DNA of 64,000 nucleotides. Source: Fistulifera solaris. Taxonomy: Eukaryota. Shown here piece by piece: positions 35,612 to 48,107 of this stretch (positions within the stretch are counted from its first letter, which is position 1; every line of letters starts with the position of its first letter). The notes beneath the pieces were generated by a model. The model saw only the letters and a program-made list of their open reading frames with translations. It did no database searches and was not told the DNA's origin. A program made the position numbers and the translations under genes. The stretch covers positions 310,001 through 374,000 of the forward strand of contig AP026127.1 in the NCBI GenBank assembly GCA_030295235.1, read 5' to 3'.

Positions 35612-37161
35612 TTACATCATATTCGACTGCAACAACACTTTTTCCGCAGCCTTGCGTACCGAATTGAGCTGCGCCATGAAATGGTCTGCTTTCAGCATCC
35701 GCTCCCGCGATAATTGACGCTGTTTATTGTTGGCAGCATGATAAATGAAATGTTTCGAGAAATGTTCCGGCTGCAAACTAACAATGCGCTGCATGTTGCA
35801 TCCTCCCTTGACTCCCGTGAAAACTGATACCCACCGGACCAAAATTCGACATTCATGCTCTCTTGACCGTCACTGCGATATTCCGGAGGATCGAATGGTG
35901 GTAAAAAACTTCCCATGCACAAGTCTTGCAGGCGATGGATCTGATCACGCGTGGCCATCCAGCCACCTTGTTGTGCGATCAAATGCGGTTCTCCGGGAGA
36001 AGGCTTGGTCGCATCTTTCCCAAACGCACCCCCGTCGCCGCTCCAGTACCCGAAAATTCGATCCGCTTCTTTCATTTTCTTTCCCGGTCCCGGCAATAAC
36101 GCCACCCAACCGAGATTGGGTAATTTTCTAACAGCCATGGCTTCGATCGTCGTCTCCCATATCACAATATCATCTCGAGAAGGAGAAGCTGGTATCGGCG
36201 CTTCTCGGGGAATCAAATCATCCGTTAAATTGACGTGACAGCAGATGGATGGATCAAAATGGGCTTCGGACGACGACGAAAACTCGTAATCAAGGGGAAT
36301 GGGCGCAAGCTTCGTCTGCGGACCATTCTCGGCCGGATTGAGCAAAACTTCGACTCGCACAAATCCCGGTACCATACGATCCAACTGGGATCGCGACAGT
36401 GGCGCCTTCCAATCGGTACTACTACCGCTCAACGGTGCGGCCTCGCGCAAAACATCAATCGCTTGCGAGGTTTCCACAAAATGCTGAATGTGTTCCCCCG
36501 TAATCCGCATATCATCTTCGACGGCCACAAACAAATCATAATGTTCCATTTTATCGCGAATCACGTAACGGTGTTGTCGGGCCAGTGCCCGGGTGTTTTC
36601 CGATAATCGTGCTTGCGCTGTCGCTTCGCGCAACGGCGGATCGTATCCCAGCGGACACGCGTCATCCCAGACTTGGAGTCCGACATTCGGCGGCAAGTGT
36701 CGGCGAATCAAGGCCTCCCGTTCGGGTTGTAAGGAGAATGCGGTAATGAGAAAGACATCGACTTGCAACTGGGGGTCTTTCACAATGGATTGGATACTAT
36801 CGGCGAGGACGGGTAACAGCACTTCCTTGAGACGGTCTTGATTTTTGACCGTTTTGCGCTGTCCTGTATTGAATTCGGCCAAGGATGTTACAATATAGAG
36901 GACTTTTGTCGTTTTCTCGGATGACGCGGAAGATGATGAAGCACGCAGACCCGAGGGCAGAAACTCTTCGTAGGCGACGTACAGCACAACACAACCCGCT
37001 ATAACTTTCCAAAGCAGCCAAACACCAAAGAAAGCCCACCGATGTCGAGGATTCATGTTGTTGAAACGCTCTTTGCAGTTGATGTAGGCTGTCGTGATAT
37101 ATCCTTTGCGGGGACTGCCGACGTGTGTCTTATGAGAAGGTGAAAGAATGCGTTGTTTCAT
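35612..37161 (-). CDS. Type II membrane protein, putative GT-A-like glycosyltransferase; frameshift near 35822
   Basis: N-terminal TM anchor; HYDLFVAVEDDM motif. Adding one T continues into ORF 35612-35842 (CNMQRIVSL...YHAANNKQ). Confidence 0.6.
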
Positions 37162-37594
37162 GATGGCGAATAATCTTGCTGTCTATCTCGTTCTCGCGAG
37201 CCTGGATTGAGTTCTAATAGAGCATGGAGATTGACGAAGAAAACCTTTGCAACTCTCTTCAATATTTCACACGGTCATGGATGGTCTTCCATGGTCGGTC
37301 ACTCTCGTGTTCAACAATAAAAAAGCATCGCGGAGAAGCCTTTATTAGGAGAAGCGCATTTACCAGTTACCAGTAAGACAATGTTTGTGGCTCGATTCTC
37401 GATTAGGGGAGTAAAGTGTAGCTCAACTTTTCCGGGACTTAACTGGGTTTCAGTCTCGATTAGGAACCACAGCTTATCTTTTGCACTAGCCTACTTCCCA
37501 TCCTGCCGAAAGACACCTACACAAATAGATGAATGAATGGAATAACCGAATGAAGACTCTCTAGTCTTATCAGCCTTATGTGTTAGGTGTATAT

Positions 37595-38714
37595 CTATGA
37601 TCGAACAACATTACCTAAGCCGAGATTATCCATCGTTCGACATACGACCATGACGACGCCAAACAACGAAACAAAGAGCAGTCGGCGCCATCGAGGACCT
37701 AAAGATTCGCCAAATCGTTAGTATCATTGACAGATCGTTGAAGCAATCACGTCACTACCACTTACTCTCCAAAGTCGATTTGCTCAAGGCAACTTGATCC
37801 AAATCTCGGACATCCTTCTCCGCCAGAGACCAACCCAAGCAACCCACCGAATCACGAGCCTGTTCGACCGAACGACATCCGACCAACGGAATCACGTTGT
37901 GCTGAATACACCAATTCAAGGCCACTTGTCCCATGGTTTTCCCATACTTTTGTGCCTTTTCCTCAATTTTTGCACGCAAGGGCTGAATATCATCCCATTG
38001 GAGGCGGAGCATCTTGGCCGGTTTATTATGCTGCCATTTCTCCGTCGTCAATCCGCCCGTCAACAGCCCTTGCCCAATGGGAGAGAAGGCTACAATCTTG
38101 ACGCCCAATTCTCGACACGTCGCTTCCATTTCTTGCAATGCTTTCGAATTGTAATCCAGTAAACTGTAATGCACTTGATTGCAAATAACGGGAACTCCGT
38201 AGCGTTCTCCCGCCGCGACGGCTCGTCGCACTTGGTCGGCATTGCAATTGCTCAAACCCATGGCTTGGATGAGACCTTTCTTCTTACATAACGCCGCCGC
38301 TTCGACCCAGTATTCGATCGAACGACACCAATGCACGGGTGAATGCAACAAATAAATTGGAATACAGTCGACTTTCAACCTTTGACAGCTGGCCCGGACG
38401 GCGGCTTCGAAATCCGAATGCCACAACCGCCACGGTGCGGGGAGAAACTTGGTCATGAAAATCGGCGGACTAGCCTCAAACAATCGACCCAAACGCTGTT
38501 CCGAGGTTCCACCGCCATACCCTTCGGCGGTATCGTACAAAGTAACGCCGGCCGCAGTACAAATGTCCACAATGTCGCGGCAAGTTTCATCGGACAGATT
38601 TCCGTGGTGATTGACGACCTTGTCGTCGAGCCAGGTCGTGCCCCATTGAAGGGTTCCAATCGCCAATGGGACTTTCAATTCAATGCTGTGTTTCATCAGT
38701 TCGACGACGCTCAT
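37595..38714 (-). CDS. Aldo/keto reductase (pyridoxal reductase-like) with a C-terminal hydrophobic tail; intron 37699-37765
   Basis: IGTLQWG, YDTAEGYGGGTSE, TKF, YLLHSP, GLSN, NQVHYSLL, AFSPIGQGLLTG. The intron GTAAGT...CTAAC...TTTAG adds SPRWRRLLFVSLFGVVMVVC...RS*. Confidence 0.88.
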
Positions 38715-39068
38715 GTTGTTATTGTTTAGAATCAACTCTTTCTCATGATAATGACAAAGATACTTTTTTCTTTTGTAACATCGACATGGTTTCGCTTCGG
38801 ATTTTGTTTTCTTCTTTTTGCGAACGCGCGCCAAAGAACAAAGAAGCGTGACGAGTGTGGCTCAATCTGTAGCGGGAAGAAAATACTCTCGGGTCAAGAG
38901 TGAGGTTCGTGTCTGCGGTCATTATTAGTCACGCAAGGACAAAACTACTGTCATGAGTCACGCATCTTGTCGAATGTGCCTAGGTCCCTGACCCCTGATT
39001 CGTGGGATGATTTTAGAATATACTCCGTAATAGAGTCACCAGCAAGTACCTTACAATGACTGTTGTTG

Positions 39069-39890
39069 TCATTGCTGCTCTTCTCCCGACAAGAGCATTT
39101 CCACATCACAGTCTCGTTGCTCCAGCAGCGCATACCTCAATAACAACCGCAATTCGAATTCTTGCAAACTCCTCAGTTGCTCTTGTTCCACACTACCAAG
39201 TTGTTCCGCTGTGCTGCAGAAATCAATGAATGCAAAGGGATCCCAACAGCCGGGCGCCACGACGACGTGTCGTCGCTGGCCCTTGGACGCTAGGATGGAA
39301 TGTCTTCGGGCCGAGTGTGTCGAAACCACGTCCGCGATTATCTCGGGAGTATGAACGGAAGACCATTGCAACAGTGTCTGATGAATCAAATGAACGCTGG
39401 AAGCAGCATACCCAAAATTCGTATACTCCTTGGGTCCACCCGCGGCCCAGTATTTGGCATTTTCGAATCCCGAATGGCCCCCTTCTCCTATGCAGGCACC
39501 TTCGCATCGATGGATCAGAGAATGGACCAAGTCGTTCACATCACACAAAGGATGATCTTGATGCCACGAGGTCGGATGTGTGGCCGCATATTCCGCAACA
39601 TGTAAATTGGTTTCGTTGACACCGAGCAATACTTCGTGAGCCGCATCACCATGACCACAAATGAGGAGCCAAATCGCTTGTGCTATGTTCGATGGGGTCG
39701 GTTGTGTCCCGAAGAGCCAGAAGTCCGTCGTTTTCAACGACCGAAGTGCCGATCTTCCGTGACGCTGGAGAGTGTATTGTAACGCCAGCGGTCGGGTGGC
39801 TACCGAAAAGTCGACGTTGCGCAATTCGGGAAGACTCGATGCGCTGAACAAGGCAAGGAACAGTACAATGAAACGCAAGAATGCACTCAT
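39069..39890 (-). CDS. Hypothetical protein with a signal peptide and an AH...HxxxHRxEG...NAKYW motif
   Basis: Intact ORF; MSAFLRFIVLFLALFSASS signal peptide. Confidence 0.65.
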   Translation of the reverse strand: MSAFLRFIVLFLALFSASSLPELRNVDFSVATRPLALQYTLQRHGRSALRSLKTTDFWLFGTQPTPSNIAQAIWLLICGHGDAAHEVLLGVNETNLHVAEYAATHPTSWHQDHPLCDVNDLVHSLIHRCEGACIGEGGHSGFENAKYWAAGGPKEYTNFGYAASSVHLIHQTLLQWSSVHTPEIIADVVSTHSARRHSILASKGQRRHVVVAPGCWDPFAFIDFCSTAEQLGSVEQEQLRSLQEFELRLLLRYALLEQRDCDVEMLLSGEEQQ

Positions 39891-40389
39891 TTGACAAAGT
39901 TGGATTGAAAGAATCCGTTGAAACAATATATTTGCGCCGCCAAAGTCAATAAAAATAATAATCTATCTATTTATAATGGGCCGAGGCTGAGTGTCCGTGT
40001 GCGTGTGTCCGTCACGGTAGGAACTTTTTTGCCGCTTTTTTCCGGTTTTTCTTCGTCAAATGGTTTAGACGCTGTTCGGCTTGCGAACCCGCGAAGCGCC
40101 AACATCGAGTCCCGGCTACGGGCTCAGTCAGTCTTTTGCTTTTCAACTTTTCCACGGGGAACGAGCCCCCCGCTTGCGGGAAGGGCGAGAACGAAAAAAG
40201 CTCCCCGAAGGCATAGCCCGCCGCAGGCGGCCAGTAATAATAATGCATTATGCAACGGAGTCTTGAATAACGCTAAACCCTATACAACTACTGCACAGTC
40301 TCCCAAAAAACTAGGGTGCAAAACAAACATAACAGTACAGCTATTTTCAGATTTACAAAGATATACACACAAAATTGCTGGTTTAGGAG

Positions 40390-42691
40390 TCAAGCGCAGC
40401 CCATTCTAAAGGAATTCTCCGATAGTCTCGGGCGCTGCTTCGGTTTTCGTGTCGTCGACCCATCAAGTCCTGTAGCCGCATTCGCCCTTCGAATATGGTA
40501 TCCCACGCACGTTTCAACGTTTTGGTGACTTGCGTGAGGGTCTCGCACGATTTTTGTTGGTGCATCTTCCGAAAAGGTGACCAGTTTCAAATCTTCCAAA
40601 TCGTTCAGCCGGCATCCATATTGATGGGAATCTCGCGATCGTCTCCCCTTCCGAAGAAGGTCATTGACTTGGCAGCTACCTTCCCGAACCAGTTGAGATC
40701 GTGACAAAGTTGCCGGCTCCGCCCGTGCTGTTCGATAATCGACACAGCCACTCGTGAACCAAGGCCGCCCGGGAGGCTCTTTGTGACCCGGCCGTTTGCC
40801 AGATACTTGAGTGCTCCACTGTTGCGATGAGAAATCTTGGAAGTCAAGAATGTTTTGACCAACAAATTGTATCGGGCTAGCTTGTTCGAGTAACGCAAAA
40901 CGGTCCGCCAACAACCATAGGGAAACAGAGACGACCGCCAGCAAGTCCAACTTGGGACTATCGAATCGTTGCGATCCAATCACCAGTAGAAACGTCAACA
41001 CGCTGACAAAATCAAAGACGAAAGCATCGGCAGGACGGAACACCAATTTGGTCTTTGGCAGCACGGCAGGAACATTCGCCATGGGAACTCCTTCGAAATT
41101 CGCGGATTTCGAGAGGCATCTTCATCTTGCCTTTCTTGCCAGTGTTCGGTTTGGGCGGTAGCGCCGCCGATATCGAACATATCCGCTATTTCATAAAGAA
41201 TATTCGGGCGGCCGGATGACGAGCGGCTTCTTTTTCTCTTCGTCGGGTAAAGGTCGCCATATCACCACTACTTCTTCGTACGTCACCGACGATTTCTGAT
41301 TGGGAGATGAGCGTACGGAATAACTTGTCGCCGACCAGTTCAGCGTGAATATATTGACGAGATTGCTGATTGTGGCACGTTCTAATACCTGCATGGGAGG
41401 TCGTGTCAAGTTGGGCCCCAAAGTTCCTACATCGTGAGGGCGCCGGATGTCCGGTCGAACCAGTGCAGTTCCCTTGACTGAATTATAATGGGTTGACGCG
41501 GGCGAGCGACTTTCTTGAGATAAAATTCGAGAATCACCGTCAAAAATGCATTCTTCAAATGGTGCGAGGGCATCAAAAGGATCTTCGGAGGTCACAAACT
41601 GCTTTTTCCGAACCGCCATAGCGAGTCAATTTGAAGAAGGGAGTGTTGCCACCGTTGCGCTCCTCCGGCGTGGGTACGGAAAGCTGCAAACGACGTGCCA
41701 GGAACGAAGGAAGCGACTTTTGATTCGCCCATTCATCCAGTCGCTGCGATACAGCGGCAGCCAAGCTTCGGTACATCTTTTTTAGTGCCTTCGATGACGA
41801 ATCTTCAATGTCATCCAGACGGCGTTTGACCCAAGAAGCCGACCGCTGGACGACGCTGGCTTGTAGATAATCCAATTTCGGAAGGAACAATCGACCGCGA
41901 GTAATTTCGCGAGAATAGCCAGCGACGATAAACTAGAACTCTTCCACCAAATAGTAAGTCTTCGTCGTGATTCCGTACTTTTCCTTCCGCATCGAATCGT
42001 TCCGGATAAAACTCCCGCGCCAAAGTCTCATCCAAACCGGAGACATCCGGCACAACCGACAATCGGAGCAAATACCCCGCATTGAGTGCCTCGCACAGAT
42101 CCAAATCACGTTTGGTGAGTAATGAAAAGCCGGCATCTTCCAAACAGGTGCGCGTGTACTCGGGCAGTTTCTCATCTTCCAACGCACTTTGGCCCAGTTT
42201 TTCACCTTGTAGGTACGATAAGAGACGCGATTCGTCGTGGGCGACGGCGTGATAAATGTCATCCAGTCGCCGTAACATATAGGGAGTCTCAAAAAATGAG
42301 ACAGGAAAGACGTCTTTGGTCGGAGAAGGTAGTTTGGAGTCGGAGTACGTTACAATGCGGCACGTGGGGCGTTCATCGTCTTGGTTGTCGTCTTTCGATG
42401 GGTCAAATTTTACACTTGTCTCAACACTTGTTTCGCCATTCACTGGTTCATCTTTGAAGGCTTCTTCTCCCAATATGTGTGTCAACACGGTCGCACGTTC
42501 GATCACGGACGCGATCAATGGTTTCGAACGCTTCGTTCGACTCTCCTTTCGGCAAGAAAATCGCGAAAGTCGTGGGGAGAAAAGACGACGGATGGATATG
42601 TAGCGCGATGAATATCCACTTTCTTGGGGTAGCGTAACGTAAAACCTTCGATACTCGAGATGCTTATCAGCAAGAAAACCATCATGGCCAT
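40390..42691 (-). CDS. DUF3754 (TMEM143-like) protein, probably plastid-targeted; many frameshifts; ends approximate
   Basis: Successive minus-strand fragments: signal peptide ...SIEG|F; EDAGFSLL...ALNAGYLLRL; VLVYRR; YEEVVVIWR; VPMANVPAVLPKTKLVFRPADAFVFD. Confidence 0.65.
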
Positions 42692-43642
42692 CGCCAAACT
42701 GGAGGTATCCTCTGCACGGCGAACACGGGGAGGGTTCGTTTCCTCGTTCGAGAGTGAATTGCGTTCATTTGTCAGACTCAATTTTCTTTTGTTCGAATAA
42801 TGTATGTTTTATTCTTTTGCTCGAAGACAAGGTACAACAAGAGGTATCTTTGGTGTCGTGAGATCTTCACGAAAGCAATGAATTTCAACAAGAACAAAGG
42901 GAGGAAGATCGCCAACGCGCGACGTGGCACCATATTATTCTTGTAGTTAAAGGACACGTGCCAATCTTTGTATCGTCGTCAAAGTATCGAAAACCGGGGT
43001 TTTGAAATAGTATGGAACAATGCTTCTTTGCGGTACTGCATTTGAGTAGATCTTGTTTTATATTTAACAGAAGGACATCCAGCGTTTCTGCTCTTAGGCA
43101 TAACCCAAAAATTCAAAAATTTTGGTCTGCTCCATAATTCTCCTCTGAGCAAAGCTCCTTGCTCCTTTGTATGATCAATGATCAGTACCTCTTGATCCTT
43201 TTCGACGATTTTAGTATTTGAATGATGACAATTTTTCTATTGCAACTAATGAAAGAAGCAAAACTCATAATTACCTTTCAAGTCCGAAGAATTCCCGCCA
43301 ACCAGTCCTTTGCGTGCGAGAGCTTCTGCCCAAAGACCTTGCTAAGTTTCAAAGTTCCCACGAAATTCCATGCTTTTATTAATCATGGAAAAGCCGAAAT
43401 GCCAAGTCAGAGTAAAGTACATCATGCCGCGGGGTTTGTCTTTCTCAAACGTGCAGCGTAACAGTTCCAATACATCACTCCGTCTCAAGACAATACACGG
43501 CACGTTGATAGCTCTTTTGCGAGTTCATCGGATTGAGACCGTTGATGGAGCATGAATGCAGATGGGAGATGGGAGGGATGAACATGATGAAGATGCTCCG
43601 TTCGAGGCAATTTAGGATTACCTTTCCGCTCTAGCTCATGAC

Positions 43643-43650
43643 TGACGTCA
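43643..43650. promoter_or_regulatory. TGACGTCA palindrome in the long divergent spacer upstream of the Zn2Cys6 gene
   Basis: Read directly; preceded by CATGAC. Confidence 0.35.
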
Positions 43651-44186
43651 TTATGATAGCCAAAGTACTATAAAACCGAAAGCTGCACCGAAATGGAACT
43701 ACTTATAAGCTGTACTGTCTACAATCGACTACGTACGTATTGCACGCCACGCAGCAAGGCATTTTGTAATAATTTTCTAGATAAAATGTGGTTTGAATAA
43801 GCCATTTTTTGAAATTTTTGTTTGTGAAACAAATATTTGGTCCACATTTGTCCTTAATGTTACCAATATCCTCATTTGACGAAATTTGATATTGTACTGG
43901 TACCTCGAAAAAGATCTTTGTGACTGTTCTGTGACTATGACTATGACTTTGTGACTGTTTGCTTGTCGCTTCTTACACGACAGTAGGAAAAGGTGTCGAG
44001 AAGGACACCGTTCCTCCATCGCTCTCCTCCGCACAACGCACGACGCACGTCATGCCGCGTCAAACGTGTTGACAAAGCTCTTTTGGGGTGCGTTGGACAA
44101 GATTGACTGTTGTGCTGAAGTAAAGAGACGACTCGACCGTGCGCACAAGAACAAGTAAAACATTTCCTCATTGGACATCCACCACC

Positions 44187-45182
44187 ATGGCTTGCACGGC
44201 GTGTCATCTCGCGAAACGCAAATGCGACAAGAAATCGCCCTGTTCGCGCTGCATCAGCAAAGGACTCGAATGCATTCCTCATATCTCCCGTCAAGGAAAA
44301 AAAGAAAGTCCGGAGGATGGAGGAGAAAAAAGATGACGGCCTCGATCGTCTCCTGCTCGAACAAGTGACCGGGACGGAACCCGTGCAGGGCCACACGCAC
44401 CACTTTGGATTGAAGTATTTGGTGCGCTCTTGGATTTCGTTTGCGTTCAAACGGCGGAGTTTTCATCTCATGCAGCGGGGATGTGCGCTGGCCATTAAAG
44501 TGGGGTTTTCGATGGATGAAATATTTTGCGAACAGCCCAATTCACGGGAGATGGATTTTTGAAAAATATTATATTAGTACCCATGGAAGCGCAGCACTTA
44601 TATGTCCCCACACCGCTACAGTGGACGGAAATTCCCGAGCGACTTTTGCGAAACACCGATACCATCGGTTCTTCCGGAAATAGAGAAGGACGGTGGATAT
44701 GGATGCGTGAGATGATTAAGGGAGAATCGAGGTATCTTGTATCGGAAGCGTTCGAAAGAGATATTGCTCCATGGAGCTCATTACATAAAGCATGGGAAGA
44801 CAACCGGGGTGCCGTGATCGATTTATTTGTCATTGCCGAAGATAAGCACAAGCATACCAAGTCCTTTGCGCATCAAATATCCTTATACAAAGACCAGGTT
44901 ATAAATGGGGAAGGAAATCGTCTCACTCGCACTCGCGTCCGACTTCGCTCGAAAAATGAAGGGATTATTATGGTCGACCAAGTGACGTGCTTGGAGATTG
45001 TCAATCTCGACGTGGCGTACTTGTTTGCGGAATACGTCCGCGTCGAACCCGAACCAATGAAATCAACACACTCCGCCAAAGACAACCGGCTTGTAAATAC
45101 TGGCACATTTTTCGAGTACTTTGATTTGGACAATATCGTTTTGGATAATGATCTGGAACAGATTTTTAACTTGGTGCAATAA
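44187..45182 (+). CDS. Zn(II)2Cys6 (GAL4-type) zinc-cluster transcription factor; frameshifts near 44300 and 44558
   Basis: MACTACHLAKRKCDKKSPCSRCISKGLEC matches C-x2-C-x6-C-x5-C-x2-C-x6-C; continues through ORFs 44317-44562 and 44526-45182. Confidence 0.82.
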
Positions 45183-46188
45183 TTGACAAGGAATGAATCA
45201 ATCAATCATATTCACGACCAGATATCAGTGTTAATGCGCTACTTGTTGATGGTCTTCGAATTCTTTGTTAACATGGTTACAATTGATTCTTTGAAACCAT
45301 TTTTGCATCACCTGATCGACGTCTTTCGTTTGATTCAACCATCACCGCGTCGCCACTGTCACGTTAGCAGTTCTTTATTGGCCCATTTCGCCATTTATTA
45401 TGCGTAATGACATTGTGGTAGTCAAATTAGCGGTTGTCAGTGGTTGTAATTCCTAGTATTGTCACGGTCACCGGTCACGGTCACGATCTTGAACACGACG
45501 ACTTTCTAGTCAGTCACGGAGCGTGCGTCAAGATAGGCGCGCTCAAAGGACTCCTCCTCCTCCTCAAAGCGCAATGGCGGGAACTTTGCCGGACATAGGA
45601 CTCTTATCAGTTCATTTAGAATCTTGTAGAACTCAAATGAAAATTACTATAGTACGAGACTTTCATTACCTCTAAGTATTTTATCCGTTAAAATTAATTG
45701 TATTATCGTTGATGTACTAAGTAGCCATATTCGGTTATAAACGGGCCTTGAACTTCGACTCTTGCAAACGAAAATGTCATCATGTCCCGTTTCCTTCCGC
45801 TACTGCGGCACGAGACTTAAGACCAGACTGTTGATCCAAAAGTACAAATGGATTTCCGGGACTTGGCTTTCGTGCGCGCTCCGTCCGTGATTCCTATCCG
45901 ACCGCCCGCGCTTACGTGACTGCACAAACACTCGCCATTTCTGTGTGGCAAAAAGTACTGAAGTTGACATTTTCTCAAGTCTCCCGCCAATAGAGTTTGA
46001 TGTCACTCTCACCAATAATGTACACGTGTTCTGGAGTCTGGCCAACCTCTCCCGCGCTCCCGATGCACAACAAAAATACGAGGCCTTGGGTCGAGCGTCG
46101 AGCCTCGCTCACCCGCCGTTTTCTCCCTCCAGACTTTCACCATAGCTTCAAAATCCAGGAAGGCGAGATATCGATCAAAGCAATCAGC

Positions 46189-47602
46189 ATGGACTTTGAC
46201 CGATCATCTCAAGCAAAATCATGGCTTTTCGATGAGCCATCATTACAAGCCTGTCGATCACGGTCGACGGCTCCTCACGAGGTCGACGTGAGAATGCCGA
46301 GAGTCAAGACTGTCCGAAAATTTGCTTCAGGATTTCATCGGTCGTCAGTTTCTCAACGTTTCAATCCATGCACAAACGATCTACTCGATCCCGACGAACA
46401 AGAGAGTCTTGTTCGTTTCCACGCTCATCAGATGCAAACTCTCGTTGGGCCGACCGCACTTCTCCCCGAGCTGAGGACCAGTATCACGGTGCTCTCCACG
46501 GCGATAATGCTCTTCCGCCGTTTTTACCTTTCAAACTCTATTCTCTACTTCAATCCTCGAAAGATGGCCGCCGCTTGTGCCTTCTTTGCTGCTAAATCAG
46601 AGGAAGAAAAGATCGAGGTAAGCTATCATCATGGTCGTGTTGGAGATTAATGAGTCCCTTGGACCGAATGGCGCGAAAATTTATTTTCCGTTGTCAGCCA
46701 GTCGGCCACTAAATGAGTCGATCAACGTTTTGGAGCACGTTTTCTGCATACGCAATGCGTCACCGTTGTATCGACGTGTATCGCCAAATTGAGTCTTCTC
46801 TGTGATTGTGACGCAAATTGTCGGAACGTTTGGCCTCATCTTTTCCGACCCGCCTTTTCAGATCGGTCTCCTTTCTCATGCCACCCAAGTGGTGCACTCG
46901 AGAGTCCAACACGCCCCTCTTTGTCGAAATGAACTCCGGGGAGTTTCCGTCTTTGACATTCAAGACTACGAGAAGCTCCTGATGGAGGGAACGAACTACG
47001 AATTCAAGTGTCACCATCCGTTTTCGGCAATGCACGCCTTGGCGATTGATTATACTAACTTTTTTGCCAAAAAGGGCGTTTTCATCGACGCAGATGATGT
47101 TTTAGAACGGGCCTCGGCTGTCGTACAGCGGGCTCTCGTCTTTTCGGACGCGAACTTTTTGTTTGCCCCCGGCCACGTGGGATTTGCCGCGGTAGCCATC
47201 GCGCTAGGAGCCACTCCAACAAACAGCGAATCGATCGGAGACGGCTTAAAGACATATTTGTTAGACCGATTCGCGTGCAAGGCTCAATCTGAGCTCGACG
47301 ATTTTGAGGCCGCGGTCAGCCGCATCATTGAATGTCTTTTCCGATGCAAGCACATGGACTTGACATCGACCGTCAATGTCCACGAGGTAGCACAGCGTGC
47401 GGAAGAAACGAAACTCTTGCTCCACAAAGTCTCCTCCATTCGCATGCATTTATTCTGTCGACCACAGCCGGTTCCCATTTCTCCCACGAGAAAGAGATCT
47501 TGGGCGGAAGAAGAAGAATTCCATCCGCCTCGAGGCAACAACAAACGAATGTACAGCCAGGGAGTATCTGCCAAAGTGACCCCAGTTTGCCATTGTAATT
47601 AA
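46189..47602 (+). CDS. CCNH: Cyclin H-like protein; intron 46618-46861
   Basis: MDFDRSSQAKSWLF N-terminus; cyclin box TAIMLFRRFYLSNS...ACAFFAAKSEE; YEKLLMEGTNYEFKCHHPF; phase-0 GTAAGC...TTTCAG intron. Confidence 0.8.
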
Positions 47603-48107
47603 TTCATCGCCTAAGCTATAATAAAACAACTACAGTTGAACATGATAATTTCGAATGTTCAATCACTTAAAAAGAAAAGATTACCGCCATGCGAACCGCC
47701 TAAGGTTCTGTCATCGGAGATGCCAGGATGAAGACGAATAATTTCCATGATGATTTACTAGACCTAAACGACGCCCTTGCTAGCTAGTTGATCTCAAGAA
47801 CCTAGCTATGAATGCGATGACGCTGAATTCGCCACGTCTCTATCCCTTCAAAGTGTATCCCCTATCATCCCCTACACTCAAAGCTACAGTAGGAAATGCG
47901 AACCTTGCCCTTCTTTCTTCGCTTTGTTATTATTTTTCGCCTTTCTCGACGGCTGATGCAAAAGGTCTTCATTCTCATTTCTTCCTTATTATTTCTCTTT
48001 GCATCGAATCCTTTTCATTACTTGAGTATAGTGTAGTTGGGGAAAGATTGTTTAAAAGGGCATCTAAGATCCTTACGACATTGAAAGGGAAACAGAACTT
48101 AATAAAA

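Noticed and set aside
39918..40409. 163-aa plus-strand ORF
   Set aside because: Non-ATG start, spans intergenic sequence, no recognisable features.
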